A stretch of DNA of 43,665 bases from a virus. Lineage: Duplodnaviria > Caudoviricetes. A program made the translations under genes and the position numbers. The notes under the pieces are model-generated. The model saw only the letters and a program-made list of their open reading frames with translations, had not been told where the DNA came from and made no database searches. The stretch lies in IMG/VR virus record IMGVR_UViG_3300010226_000010, positions 1-43,665 of that record; one strand, written 5' to 3'. Below are positions 35,049-42,912 of this stretch, one piece after another (within the stretch, counting starts at the first letter, position 1; each line of letters begins with the position of its first letter).

Positions 35049-36046
35049 GCCGGCACCCACGTCAGCGTCTTGAGATGGGTAGCACTTGCTGCGGCCACCA
35101 TCGCGTCAATATCGAGCGCGTCGGATGCGCCGTTGAGGATCGGCGTCACGGTCGCGCCGTTGAGCTTGAGCGTGCCGGAACCGCCGTTCCATGGGAAATC
35201 GGCCAGCGGCAGGGTGATGTCGTCGGCGGCGCGATCGGCAGCGCTGGCGACTGCCGAGATATGCGATGATGCCTGGGGCCGGTCGAATAGATCAGCACCC
35301 CAAAGGGTGAGGGCGCGGCTGTCGGCCACCGCGTACCGGCTGTAGTAAAGCGCCAGCGAGTCGCCGTTCGAGATTCCCGTCGGCTGACTTATGCTGATCC
35401 GCCAGAATCCGTTTCCGGCCGGCTCCACGATCCCCGTCCCGCCCGAAACTGCGCCGGTCGTCAGATTCACGTCGACGGAATTTAGACTGGTCGCTGTGGT
35501 CGCGTTTCGGACAAGGAAGCTCCAGGTGCCGTTGTAGCCGGATTTGGCATAGAGGCAGAAACATATGCCGCCGACGAACGAAGCGACGGTGACACTGCGA
35601 TAGAGGGTGCTGAATGGGCCGGTAAACATCACCGCGCCGTTTGACCCGTCGGGCGCAAGTTGACCGCCGGTCACTGTCGCTGTGCCTTTCGGCCAGACCG
35701 CGTTGGAAAAGTCGTCCGATCTCGAGAACAGGTTCGTCGCCTGTTCCGTCTCGATCCTCACCCCGAGTGCATCGCCCGTCGCGGGATCGTACTCGCACCG
35801 CAGGGCCGTGCCGCTTTCCAGCACCCCGGCCTTGTTGACGATCCACTTCGTCGACGGGGCGGCGTAGGTCAGAAGGTCGTTCATGTTGCCGGACCAGTTA
35901 AGACCGGGCGATCTGACCACCGCCCTCAAACTTGGGCCATCAATGGCAAGCCCTTCCGCGTTCGTTCCGAGCAAGGCCAAGGCCGGGTCAAGCGACCGAA
36001 GCCCTAGGCCAAACCCAAGATCGGCCGAAAGCGACAAAAGCTGCAT
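35045..36046 (-). CDS. Head spike fibre-like protein with carbohydrate-binding-like domain
   Basis: REYDP-like..G.RIE...TNL...S.DF....W, APDG, GFWRIS, RAAD motifs; follows the spike-base gene. Confidence 0.7.
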   Translation of the reverse strand: MQLLSLSADLGFGLGLRSLDPALALLGTNAEGLAIDGPSLRAVVRSPGLNWSGNMNDLLTYAAPSTKWIVNKAGVLESGTALRCEYDPATGDALGVRIETEQATNLFSRSDDFSNAVWPKGTATVTGGQLAPDGSNGAVMFTGPFSTLYRSVTVASFVGGICFCLYAKSGYNGTWSFLVRNATTATSLNSVDVNLTTGAVSGGTGIVEPAGNGFWRISISQPTGISNGDSLALYYSRYAVADSRALTLWGADLFDRPQASSHISAVASAADRAADDITLPLADFPWNGGSGTLKLNGATVTPILNGASDALDIDAMVAAASATHLKTLTWVPA

Positions 36047-36047
36047 G

Positions 36048-36287
36048 TCAGTAGGTCAGACCGACAATATCGTCCGCCGTAGTCGCAGAAGCGACCTTCT
36101 GGACGATTACCGGGAGGATCGTCCCCGCCAGGACGTTCTTGAACGTCACTGACTCGCCGCCCTCCATCGTAACCGCCACGTCGCCGCCTGTTCCGATATA
36201 CAGCGCGCGGGCGAAAATGATTTTCGTGTCGCTGGGCGTCACGTCGAACGCGCTACGGGCCGTGCCCGTCTGGACTTCGTTAGCCAT
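36048..36287 (-). CDS. Head spike base protein (RcGTA rcc01079-like)
   Basis: VTPSD...RALYIGTGGDV.V......VTF...AGTILPV...V....TA..IVG. Confidence 0.8.
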   Translation of the reverse strand: MANEVQTGTARSAFDVTPSDTKIIFARALYIGTGGDVAVTMEGGESVTFKNVLAGTILPVIVQKVASATTADDIVGLTY

Positions 36288-38391
36288 GTCCTGCCTCCGT
36301 GGATGGGCGCACAATCGGCCTTGACGCCATTGTCGCCGCGTTCAACTGCGCCTTGTAAGCCTCGATTTCCTTCTGCGCGTCGATCTTGATGCGCTCGATC
36401 TCCATTTCGGCCTGTATCTTCATGACCGCGATCTGCTTGTCCGCCTCGATCTTGGCCGCCGCCTGCTGCTGGTCGGCCTGCAACTTCATCGCGCTCGCCT
36501 GCTGGTCGGACTTGAGGTTCTGGTTCTCCTCGGCGAGCTGCTGCAATTTCTGCTTGCCTTGTTCGATCTGCTTCTGCACTTCCGGCGGAAGCTGGCCCTC
36601 CGCGACCTTCTCCATCTTCTCCGCGATTTTGTCGGCGCCCGGCCAATCGAGATTCTTCGCCAGTTCCGGCCCGATGATAGGGGCCGCCTGCGGAAAGGCG
36701 CGAATCATATCCGTCATCTGTGCCGCCGCCTCCTCGCGCTGCGTCGTGTAGCTCGGGCCGGTCGTCACGGTCAGGTCGTACTTGCCCACGGTCAGGTCAT
36801 GCAGCGCCGTCACCGTTTTCATGATCGGGTTGCCGTTCGGGTCTTGAAGGGGCTGTCCATCCTGCCCCATGGCCGGCTGCTGCATCGGCTGGCCCGTCTT
36901 CGGATCGCGCACCTGATACGGCGCGTTGACCTGCTTGGCCTCCTGCGTTCCGTCTTCGCCGATCACGCGCACGATCCGCTCGGCGCTGTAGACATGCGGT
37001 ATCAGGTCGATCAGGATACGGCCCGTATGCCGGATGGCCCGCGCGAGGTTGTCGATGAAATGGAAGGTCGAAACATCGCCCTCCCTTTGCCGCGCGAGGA
37101 TCGCCTTGCCGCTGGTTTCGTTCGACCGCGCCCCCAGGGAAGCATCATACATGCCGATGATCGCCTTCATGTCGTCCGATGCGTTCAATGCTTCCTGCAA
37201 GGCGCCTGCCGCCACGCCAACGTCAAGCGGCTGGCGCTGCGGAGGAACGTTGCCGGCGGAAGGAACAGGATCGTATTCGAGGAACGCATGGCTGCGCGTA
37301 TTCGCCGTCTGCCAGCGTTCGATATCGCTGTCGAAAGCGCCTTTTGGCCCGATGAACGGAACGCGCGGGGCGAGTGCCACCAGTTCCGTCGCCGACGAGC
37401 GCCAATAGTTGAAATTTCGCTGCGGGTCTTTCGCGTCGTGCACCAGCGAGCGGAAATAACGCTTGCCCTGCACATCGAACTCGTCGCCGTAGACCGGAAC
37501 GATGGGAATGTACCTCCCAGCCCACTGCACCGTTTCCAGCACCTCGGCTGCGGTCATGATATGCTGCACGACCTTGTGGGTCTTCGTCGTGCGCTGCGCC
37601 TTGAATTCAAGGAACTGCTGCGCCGCCTGGAAATCCGCATCCTTCTCGATCTGGTCCTTGCCATAGACCAGCATCGAGCCGTCGCGCGCGTCCCGGAACA
37701 TCAGTATTTCGCGCTCGACCTCCGTGCGCTTCCAGTATTCGGCGACCATCACCTCGTTTTCAGTGCGCCACGGCTCGCCGGCGGATGACCAGAGGCTATC
37801 GTCCCAATCAACCTTCGCCTTGTCGCCATATTGCGCCTTGAAGGCTGATTTCGTCATGCGGTCGACGACAAATGCCGTATTCCAATCGCTGCTGTCCGCC
37901 GCCGTAGAATAGGGGTCGCCATAGACCGCGAAGGGGTTGATCACCCGCTGTATCTGCAAATCCATGTCAAAGGTGTCGTCATAGGCATAATCGATGCCGA
38001 CGCGCCAATATCCGAACCCTCCTGTCACCGCGCACTCGACGCCGGTGTCATAGGCAACATCGGCGCTCGACGTGTATTCGATGTTGCGGATCAGGCCATT
38101 GATGACCTCCGCCGTCTCGGGATCGCTCTTGCTGTCTACCGGATGGACGTGGATCGCAGGCTTGTTCTGGCGCGCGTCGTTGACCACCTGACGGATGAAT
38201 GCCGGAAGTTTGTTGATGGTGAGACAGGGGCGGCCTTCACGTTCCCGCTGTTTGACGATCTTGTCCGGCCACTGCTCGGCAAGGCGCGAGAAGCGGATAT
38301 CATCGAGCGCGGCCTGCCTGTTCTGGTCGGACGCATCGGCGCTTTCGGTGAAGGCGTCCTTGGCTTCCTGAAGGATATCGTCGTCAGCCAT
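36280..38391 (-). CDS. Portal protein, P22-like
   Basis: 703 aa; RPCLTINKL, GGFGYWRV, YIPIVPVYG, SGKAILARQREGD, GKYDLTV.TGPSY.TQR; C-terminal coiled coil. Confidence 0.95.
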   Translation of the reverse strand: MADDDILQEAKDAFTESADASDQNRQAALDDIRFSRLAEQWPDKIVKQREREGRPCLTINKLPAFIRQVVNDARQNKPAIHVHPVDSKSDPETAEVINGLIRNIEYTSSADVAYDTGVECAVTGGFGYWRVGIDYAYDDTFDMDLQIQRVINPFAVYGDPYSTAADSSDWNTAFVVDRMTKSAFKAQYGDKAKVDWDDSLWSSAGEPWRTENEVMVAEYWKRTEVEREILMFRDARDGSMLVYGKDQIEKDADFQAAQQFLEFKAQRTTKTHKVVQHIMTAAEVLETVQWAGRYIPIVPVYGDEFDVQGKRYFRSLVHDAKDPQRNFNYWRSSATELVALAPRVPFIGPKGAFDSDIERWQTANTRSHAFLEYDPVPSAGNVPPQRQPLDVGVAAGALQEALNASDDMKAIIGMYDASLGARSNETSGKAILARQREGDVSTFHFIDNLARAIRHTGRILIDLIPHVYSAERIVRVIGEDGTQEAKQVNAPYQVRDPKTGQPMQQPAMGQDGQPLQDPNGNPIMKTVTALHDLTVGKYDLTVTTGPSYTTQREEAAAQMTDMIRAFPQAAPIIGPELAKNLDWPGADKIAEKMEKVAEGQLPPEVQKQIEQGKQKLQQLAEENQNLKSDQQASAMKLQADQQQAAAKIEADKQIAVMKIQAEMEIERIKIDAQKEIEAYKAQLNAATMASRPIVRPSTEAGHG

Positions 38392-39707
38392 CAGCCCATC
38401 CAGCTTCCAGCCCCGCCGTGCGACACGGAAGGACGCGCTACCGGTTTTGCCGGGGTTTCATAGGCCACGCACATCAGCCCGAAGGCATCGGCACCATGGC
38501 TCGACCAATCGTGTTCGGGACCAAGGCCGATGTTGCGGGCCTCGTCCATTTTCTCGTGATACCAGCCGATCGCATCGATGCCGGCTGAACATTTAGAGGC
38601 ATTGAACCAGATCGACGGGAACGCCTTTCGCGCCGCCTCAACCCGCTTCATCGCCGCGCCCTTGCCCTGATTTGGGACAGTTCTGACCGAAAAGCCGGCC
38701 GCCCTTATGTGATCTTCGAACCGGATCGCGGTAATCGCGTCTTCCCTCGCGCCGTCATGTGGCAGGACGCACTCTGCGGTCGCATAGCCATTCGACCGCA
38801 ACCATTCCAGATGCGTCGCCAGCGGCTGCCCGACCGCCTCGTAATAATCCAACGCCCGGATTTCACGCCCGACGAACTGCGCTATCCATATGGCGGTCGC
38901 GTCCCGTACGCCGATGTCCCAAAACGCCTTGACCGGCAGGTTCGGATCGCGGGCAACGTTGCCGACCCGCCCTTCCCTCCTTGCGTCGATCAGGGCGCGC
39001 GCATAGTAGGCCCCGCTCAGAACCGTCGCGTATCCGCCTTCCCAAATGTGATCGTATTGGTCGGGCGTCTTGTTGAGGCAATCCTGCCGTTCCTGCTCCA
39101 GAACGCTGGGGAACCACGGGTTGTCCGACCAGTTGGACCGCACCACTTTCGCCCCGGTCGGGATCGCATCGCTGCGCAGCATCAGGTCAACCGCATCGGT
39201 CTTGCGCAGCGGGTTCCAACTCCACCACATTTCCGATTGCAAGCCGCGATTCCTGTCTTCCCATCGGATCGTCGGGCGCACCAGCCCAATCGACCTAGAC
39301 GAAATCGAGTGCGCTTCCTCACCCCACAGCCGGTGAAAGCCCTCGAAAGACTTGATCGAGTCCGCCGTGTGATCCTGGAGGCCCTGGAAGATCAGGATGC
39401 CGTCGCCTGGCGTCGCGATCCTGTCGTTGTAGACCTTGAAGCCGTCCGCCTCGCCAACCTTGAACTCGGCGAGCTTGCTTTCGATCAGGTGCTTCGCCGA
39501 ATCCTTGAGCGACTTCTGTATTTCGCGGGCGCAAATGCCGCGAAGCCCCTCCCCAGCCTCGCCGGGGAAACGCAATGCGTCTTCCACCATCAGCCCCGCG
39601 AAAAAATGAGACTTCCCCGAGCCGCGACCGCCCCATGCCCCCTTGTCGCGCGCCGGCTCAAGCAGCGGCAGGAATACCTCAGCCGTCTCGATTTGCAGCC
39701 CGGACAA
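38391..39707 (-). CDS. terL: Terminase large subunit
   Basis: GGRGSGKS, WGEEA, WNP, WDIG..D, HDWSSHGADAF; start (TTG) uncertain. Confidence 0.95.
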   Translation of the reverse strand: MSGLQIETAEVFLPLLEPARDKGAWGGRGSGKSHFFAGLMVEDALRFPGEAGEGLRGICAREIQKSLKDSAKHLIESKLAEFKVGEADGFKVYNDRIATPGDGILIFQGLQDHTADSIKSFEGFHRLWGEEAHSISSRSIGLVRPTIRWEDRNRGLQSEMWWSWNPLRKTDAVDLMLRSDAIPTGAKVVRSNWSDNPWFPSVLEQERQDCLNKTPDQYDHIWEGGYATVLSGAYYARALIDARREGRVGNVARDPNLPVKAFWDIGVRDATAIWIAQFVGREIRALDYYEAVGQPLATHLEWLRSNGYATAECVLPHDGAREDAITAIRFEDHIRAAGFSVRTVPNQGKGAAMKRVEAARKAFPSIWFNASKCSAGIDAIGWYHEKMDEARNIGLGPEHDWSSHGADAFGLMCVAYETPAKPVARPSVSHGGAGSWMG

Positions 39708-39978
39708 TGATGCGCTCGATCTTGTGGACGAGATTGATTGCCCCGTCCTCGCCTTCGCCGGCCACCGGCTGGACCGGCTTGCCCCATCCGCGATCAAGAA
39801 TGGCCGTCGCTGCCGAGACTTTTGCAGCGGCGGGCGACTTGCCGTTTTCCATCACGCGAACAAGCGTGGCGATGGCGTTTTCGGTCTGTGCCTGAGCGAG
39901 TTCCCGGAGGCGGGCATCAAGTTTTGGCCGACCGCCTGGATTGCCAGAGCGGCCTTTTTCAAAAGGCTTGCCAACCAT
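39679..39978 (-). CDS. terS: Terminase small subunit (DUF5681-like)
   Basis: FEKGRSGNPGGRPK, AATAILDRGWGKPVQ. Confidence 0.85.
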   Translation of the reverse strand: MVGKPFEKGRSGNPGGRPKLDARLRELAQAQTENAIATLVRVMENGKSPAAAKVSAATAILDRGWGKPVQPVAGEGEDGAINLVHKIERIIVRAANRDG

Positions 39979-40025
39979 GTTGTTACTCCGCTGTTCTCAG
40001 CGTATTGTCCGCCGCCCTTCCGCGC

Positions 40026-40253
40026 TCAGTCATCGGACTCTCCGAACACGATCAGGCGCTTGGCCTTCTCCATCAGGACGAGCGTCTCGCCGCCGTTGGC
40101 ATTGCCGGCCACATAGAGTTCGCCGGCCTCTGTCTCTCCGAGAATGGCCACGCGGTCGAAGTTCCTGGCCTTCGCCGCCTCAAGGATTTCGCTCGCATCG
40201 AAGCGGTAGCCCTCGCCGACCAGCGCAGGCTTGAACTGAACGACCTCAGCCAT
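40026..40253 (-). CDS. Hypothetical protein
   Basis: GGAGG RBS; MAEVVQF...LMEKAK. Confidence 0.7.
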   Translation of the reverse strand: MAEVVQFKPALVGEGYRFDASEILEAAKARNFDRVAILGETEAGELYVAGNANGGETLVLMEKAKRLIVFGESDD

Positions 40254-40265
40254 TGGGCCTCCGAT

Positions 40266-40292
40266 AAGAAAAGGCCCGCCGTGAGCGAGCCT
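40266..40292 (-). terminator. Rho-independent terminator
   Basis: AGGCTCGC-TCACG-GCGGGCCT-TTTCTT. Confidence 0.75.
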
Positions 40293-40539
40293 GTTTGCCT
40301 CTATGGCTTGGGATGCGGCGATTGGGTTCGGGGCTGCCCGGCAAACCAAATCTGCCGGACCCGTCGAGCTTTCATGTCAGGCACTCGATCTCGCCTTGGG
40401 CCGATGCCCGCCTCGCATCTGTTCCCGTCATGGACGGGGGAATGAATCGCCCCCGCTGCTTTCCGGTTGGGATCGGCTTTCAAGCAGCATATTCCGATCC
40501 GTGCCGACGTGGGCGAACTCTATCCGCTCTCGTGGGAAC
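40293..40539 (-). ncRNA. Unknown structured RNA with H-type pseudoknot, directly 3' of the tRNA CCA
   Basis: GTTCCC/GGGAAC closing helix; GGATCGG/CCGATCC crossed with GCTGCTT/AAGCAGC; GGGGG/CCCCC, TCGAG/CTCGA and CCGGCAGA/TTTGCCGG helices. Confidence 0.55.
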
Positions 40540-40595
40540 TGGTTGCACAGGAACGATTCGAACGTTCGACCTTCTGGTTCGTCTGGCACTGTGCT
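40540..40595 (-). tRNA. 3' half of a tRNA-fMet-like gene / 56-nt D-armless mini-tRNA
   Basis: AA-CCAGA-AGGTC-GAACG-TTCGAAT-CGTTC-CTGTGCA-A-CCA; local GCACAG (40594-40589) pairs with CTGTGC. Confidence 0.8.
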
Positions 40596-40618
40596 GAACG
40601 ATCTGTTACCATACCAGC

Positions 40619-41011
40619 ATGAACACGAAGGCTGTCGGCGAACTAAGCGAAGCGATCATCTTGGCTCATTTGATGCGCCGGGGATGGGCAGTGTCTCTAC
40701 CCTTCGGGAACAACCAACGCTACGACATGCTCGTTGACACAGGTGAGAAAATCCTTCGAGCACAATGCAAGACTGGCAGATGGCTCAACGGCTGCGTTGA
40801 GTTTGCCAGTTCCAGCAAGAACGGCTTTACGGGGGTCCGCACGTCATACGCGGGCCAGATTGACGTGTTCCTCATCTATAGTCCGAAGACCGAGCAGGTT
40901 TACATGTTCCCCGGTGAATTGGCTGGCCCCACATTCGTCCGGCTTCGCGTCGACCCAAATCGCGGCGGGGCCACTTCGGGCATTAGGTGGGCGGCTGAGT
41001 ATATCGTATGA
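40619..41011 (+). CDS. PD-(D/E)XK homing endonuclease, I-Ssp6803I / PDDEXK_5-like
   Basis: MNTKAVGELSE...GW.V..P.G....YD...D......Q.K...Y....D....Y......Y.FP follows the I-Ssp6803I pattern as recalled; TG-n-TACCAT extended -10 at 40604-40612. Confidence 0.85.
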   Translation: MNTKAVGELSEAIILAHLMRRGWAVSLPFGNNQRYDMLVDTGEKILRAQCKTGRWLNGCVEFASSSKNGFTGVRTSYAGQIDVFLIYSPKTEQVYMFPGELAGPTFVRLRVDPNRGGATSGIRWAAEYIV

Positions 41012-41044
41012 GCCAAGCGAGCTACCGGACTGCTCCACACCGAC
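41008..41044 (-). tRNA. 5' half of a tRNA-Met(CAT), initiator-like, interrupted after the anticodon
   Basis: GTCGGTG-TG-GAGC-AGTCCGGTA-GCTC-G-CTTGG-CT-CAT; D-arm nearly identical to alphaproteobacterial tRNA-fMet. Confidence 0.8.
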
Positions 41045-41051
41045 AAGAATC

Positions 41052-41130
41052 AGAAAGGCCGCCGAAGCAGCCCCTCAGGCGCAAAGCGCCAACCTGCGAA
41101 CAACATGCCAAACTCGGTTACCGTAGTCAA
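41052..41130 (-). promoter_or_regulatory. Late promoter followed by a terminator-like hairpin (pR'/tR'-like)
   Basis: TTGACT (41130-41125)-17-CATGTT (41107-41102); GGGCTGC-TTCG-GCGGCCT-TTCT at 41074-41052. Confidence 0.6.
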
Positions 41131-41750
41131 TCGGTTTTCGCACGACGCTCACGCTTTGTTGTGCGTCCTTTGTAGAGCGCCAGATCATGTTTGGAAGGCA
41201 TCTGATACTTCGTCACGGGCTTGCTGGACGCCTTTACGGCGATGCCCCATATCCTGGCTAGGTCATCGAGCGAAGCGCGCAGATTGTCCGTTGCGGTCAG
41301 CCTGTCGCGTTTCTCGGTGAAGATTTCCGTCATGGCTGCACCTTCCCCGCATACCCTGCGAACCAGTTCATAATTCCGCACGCCCAGCACTCGCTCGGCT
41401 TCTGCAAGTCTCCGAGCCGCCTGCATCTGCATCACATCGATAGGGTCCGCGATTTGGCCGCCGTCCACCTTGTCGCGGCTGTAATCCATGGCTTGTGCCC
41501 CTGCTCCACCTGTCGCTTCCCAATGCTTGCGAAACCGCGTTGCCGCCTCGGCCTGCCCTTCATCGATCAGTTTCCGAGCGGCGAGCGTCCCAACCGCGCT
41601 CTCGCGGACATTCACCGCAGCCCTGATCTTGCGCGGGATGCTGGATTCGCCTTCAAGGTCGGGACGCCAATACGGATTGTCGACATAGGCCGGTTGCAAT
41701 TCCATCTTCCCGAATGTCAGTGGATCGCGCTTCCGCCGCTTCTTTGCCAT
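41127..41750 (-). CDS. Putative late-gene regulator/antiterminator (DUF6456-like)
   Basis: NVRESAV..L..R..I...Q..AA.RF, AMDYSRDKVDGG, VCGEG, LR..LDDLA..WG; sits at the Q position. Confidence 0.7.
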   Translation of the reverse strand: MAKKRRKRDPLTFGKMELQPAYVDNPYWRPDLEGESSIPRKIRAAVNVRESAVGTLAARKLIDEGQAEAATRFRKHWEATGGAGAQAMDYSRDKVDGGQIADPIDVMQMQAARRLAEAERVLGVRNYELVRRVCGEGAAMTEIFTEKRDRLTATDNLRASLDDLARIWGIAVKASSKPVTKYQMPSKHDLALYKGRTTKRERRAKTD

Positions 41751-42003
41751 CTGCTTTCCTCGTAAACAGCCGCTCCGCTGCGGCTCTTGCGTTTTCTGCC
41801 ACCGTGCAGCCGTCCCGTCTCATGAGCGTGGTGAGATGCGCTGTCATCGCCCGCCATGCGGCTCGCTCGGCTTCCGCTTCCGTGGCGAATAGGATCGGCT
41901 CTCCGTCCTTGCAGACTGTTTCGTAATCAGCCTTGTGGACGCGACGAAAGCGGCCGATGAACTGGCCCCGTTGCGGGACTGCGCGGGCGTCGATCTGGTT
42001 CAC
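41653..42003 (-). CDS. Hypothetical protein
   Basis: GTGA overlap; GEPILFATEAEAE. Confidence 0.6.
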   Translation of the reverse strand: MNQIDARAVPQRGQFIGRFRRVHKADYETVCKDGEPILFATEAEAERAAWRAMTAHLTTLMRRDGCTVAENARAAAERLFTRKADGKEAAEARSTDIREDGIATGLCRQSVLASRP

Positions 42004-42290
42004 CGCCCCTCCTTGGATTCGAGAGCGGAGCGGTTGTCATCATGGTGAACGCGGATGCCCTGGATCGAAAAGGCCCCTCGTGTCGGACTAAAATCATCCA
42101 ACACGGTTTCCACCAGATGGCGGATATGTCGAGGCTCCCTAACGCCAAGCGTCAGGAAGTTTTTGACGATGTTCCAGCCATATTCGTGGATTAGCTCGCG
42201 GTGCGCCGGCGACAGACTATCTATCTCGCGAAAACGATTTACTCGCTTGCGATCCACCATGCTCTGGAAATCGTCGGGATCGCGGATCAT
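42000..42290 (-). CDS. Hypothetical protein
   Basis: MIRDPDDFQ...IDSLSP..RELIHEYG; GAGG RBS. Confidence 0.6.
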   Translation of the reverse strand: MIRDPDDFQSMVDRKRVNRFREIDSLSPAHRELIHEYGWNIVKNFLTLGVREPRHIRHLVETVLDDFSPTRGAFSIQGIRVHHDDNRSALESKEGR

Positions 42291-42292
42291 CC

Positions 42293-42682
42293 TCACCCCT
42301 CCCGCTGGATGGAGAGAAACGGCAGCGACACATATCCGCCCTCGCCCTTCGCCGTCATCGGAGCGCTGCCAAGCGCCGTCCGGTTCGGCACCCATTGGCG
42401 GTAGACCTTAATGCCGGAGGAGGTCACGAACGGGCCGGTGTCAGGCTCATCCACCTTGGTCGGCTCGGGCGTCGGATCGACGTGCCGGACGTGATCGCGC
42501 TTGCCGAGAGAATGCGTCGTTTCCCGCGCGGCATTGATCTGCGCCCTGCGCCTTTCCAGCCATGCAGGGTCCAGCTTAGACCGAGCCACGTAGTAACTGA
42601 CGCCGAACGCGCTTCCGATTTCAGCGAAGCCCATGCCTTTAGCCTTGAGGAGCCGCGCTTCTTCCTCGCTCCAGGGTTTCAT
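42293..42682 (-). CDS. GcrA-like/HTH protein (putative)
   Basis: W.......L...GMGFAEIG..FGVS HTH. Confidence 0.6.
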   Translation of the reverse strand: MKPWSEEEARLLKAKGMGFAEIGSAFGVSYYVARSKLDPAWLERRRAQINAARETTHSLGKRDHVRHVDPTPEPTKVDEPDTGPFVTSSGIKVYRQWVPNRTALGSAPMTAKGEGGYVSLPFLSIQREG

Positions 42683-42912
42683 GATTTCACCTCATAGGGG
42701 TTGGGGAGGCCGAGCCGCTTGCACCGCTCCCGCGTGATCCAGCGCTCAACGAGATTTTCCTGCACGTCGAGCGCCGTTGCGATCTGCGTCGTGTCCTTGC
42801 CGCTCTTGAACATCTTGCAGGCCGCAGACCTTTTTCCATTCCGGGACAGTGGGACGATCGCGCTACTCCCGAAAGGCTTGTCCGATAAATCCTGCCCTGC
42901 GTAGGGGACCAT
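42679..42912 (-). CDS. Small HTH protein
   Basis: MFKSGKDTTQIATALDVQENLVERWI. Confidence 0.65.
   Translation of the reverse strand: MVPYAGQDLSDKPFGSSAIVPLSRNGKRSAACKMFKSGKDTTQIATALDVQENLVERWITRERCKRLGLPNPYEVKS

Noticed and set aside
32564-39710. Long plus-strand ORFs (370, 409 and 333 aa) antisense to coat, portal and terminase
   Set aside because: Shadow frames expected in high-GC coding DNA; no motifs or RBS
40495-40539. HDV-like (theta) ribozyme 3' of the tRNA, suggested by TCG-CCCACGT-CGG resembling P3/L3
   Set aside because: P1 pairs at only about 4 of 7 positions and no P2 partner was found downstream
40580-41007. Functional group I intron in the tRNA
   Set aside because: Borders fit (U, G), but the insert is nearly all antisense ORF, no IGS complementary to CUCAU follows the junction, and the exon halves do not form an acceptor stem; a covariance-model search would be decisive
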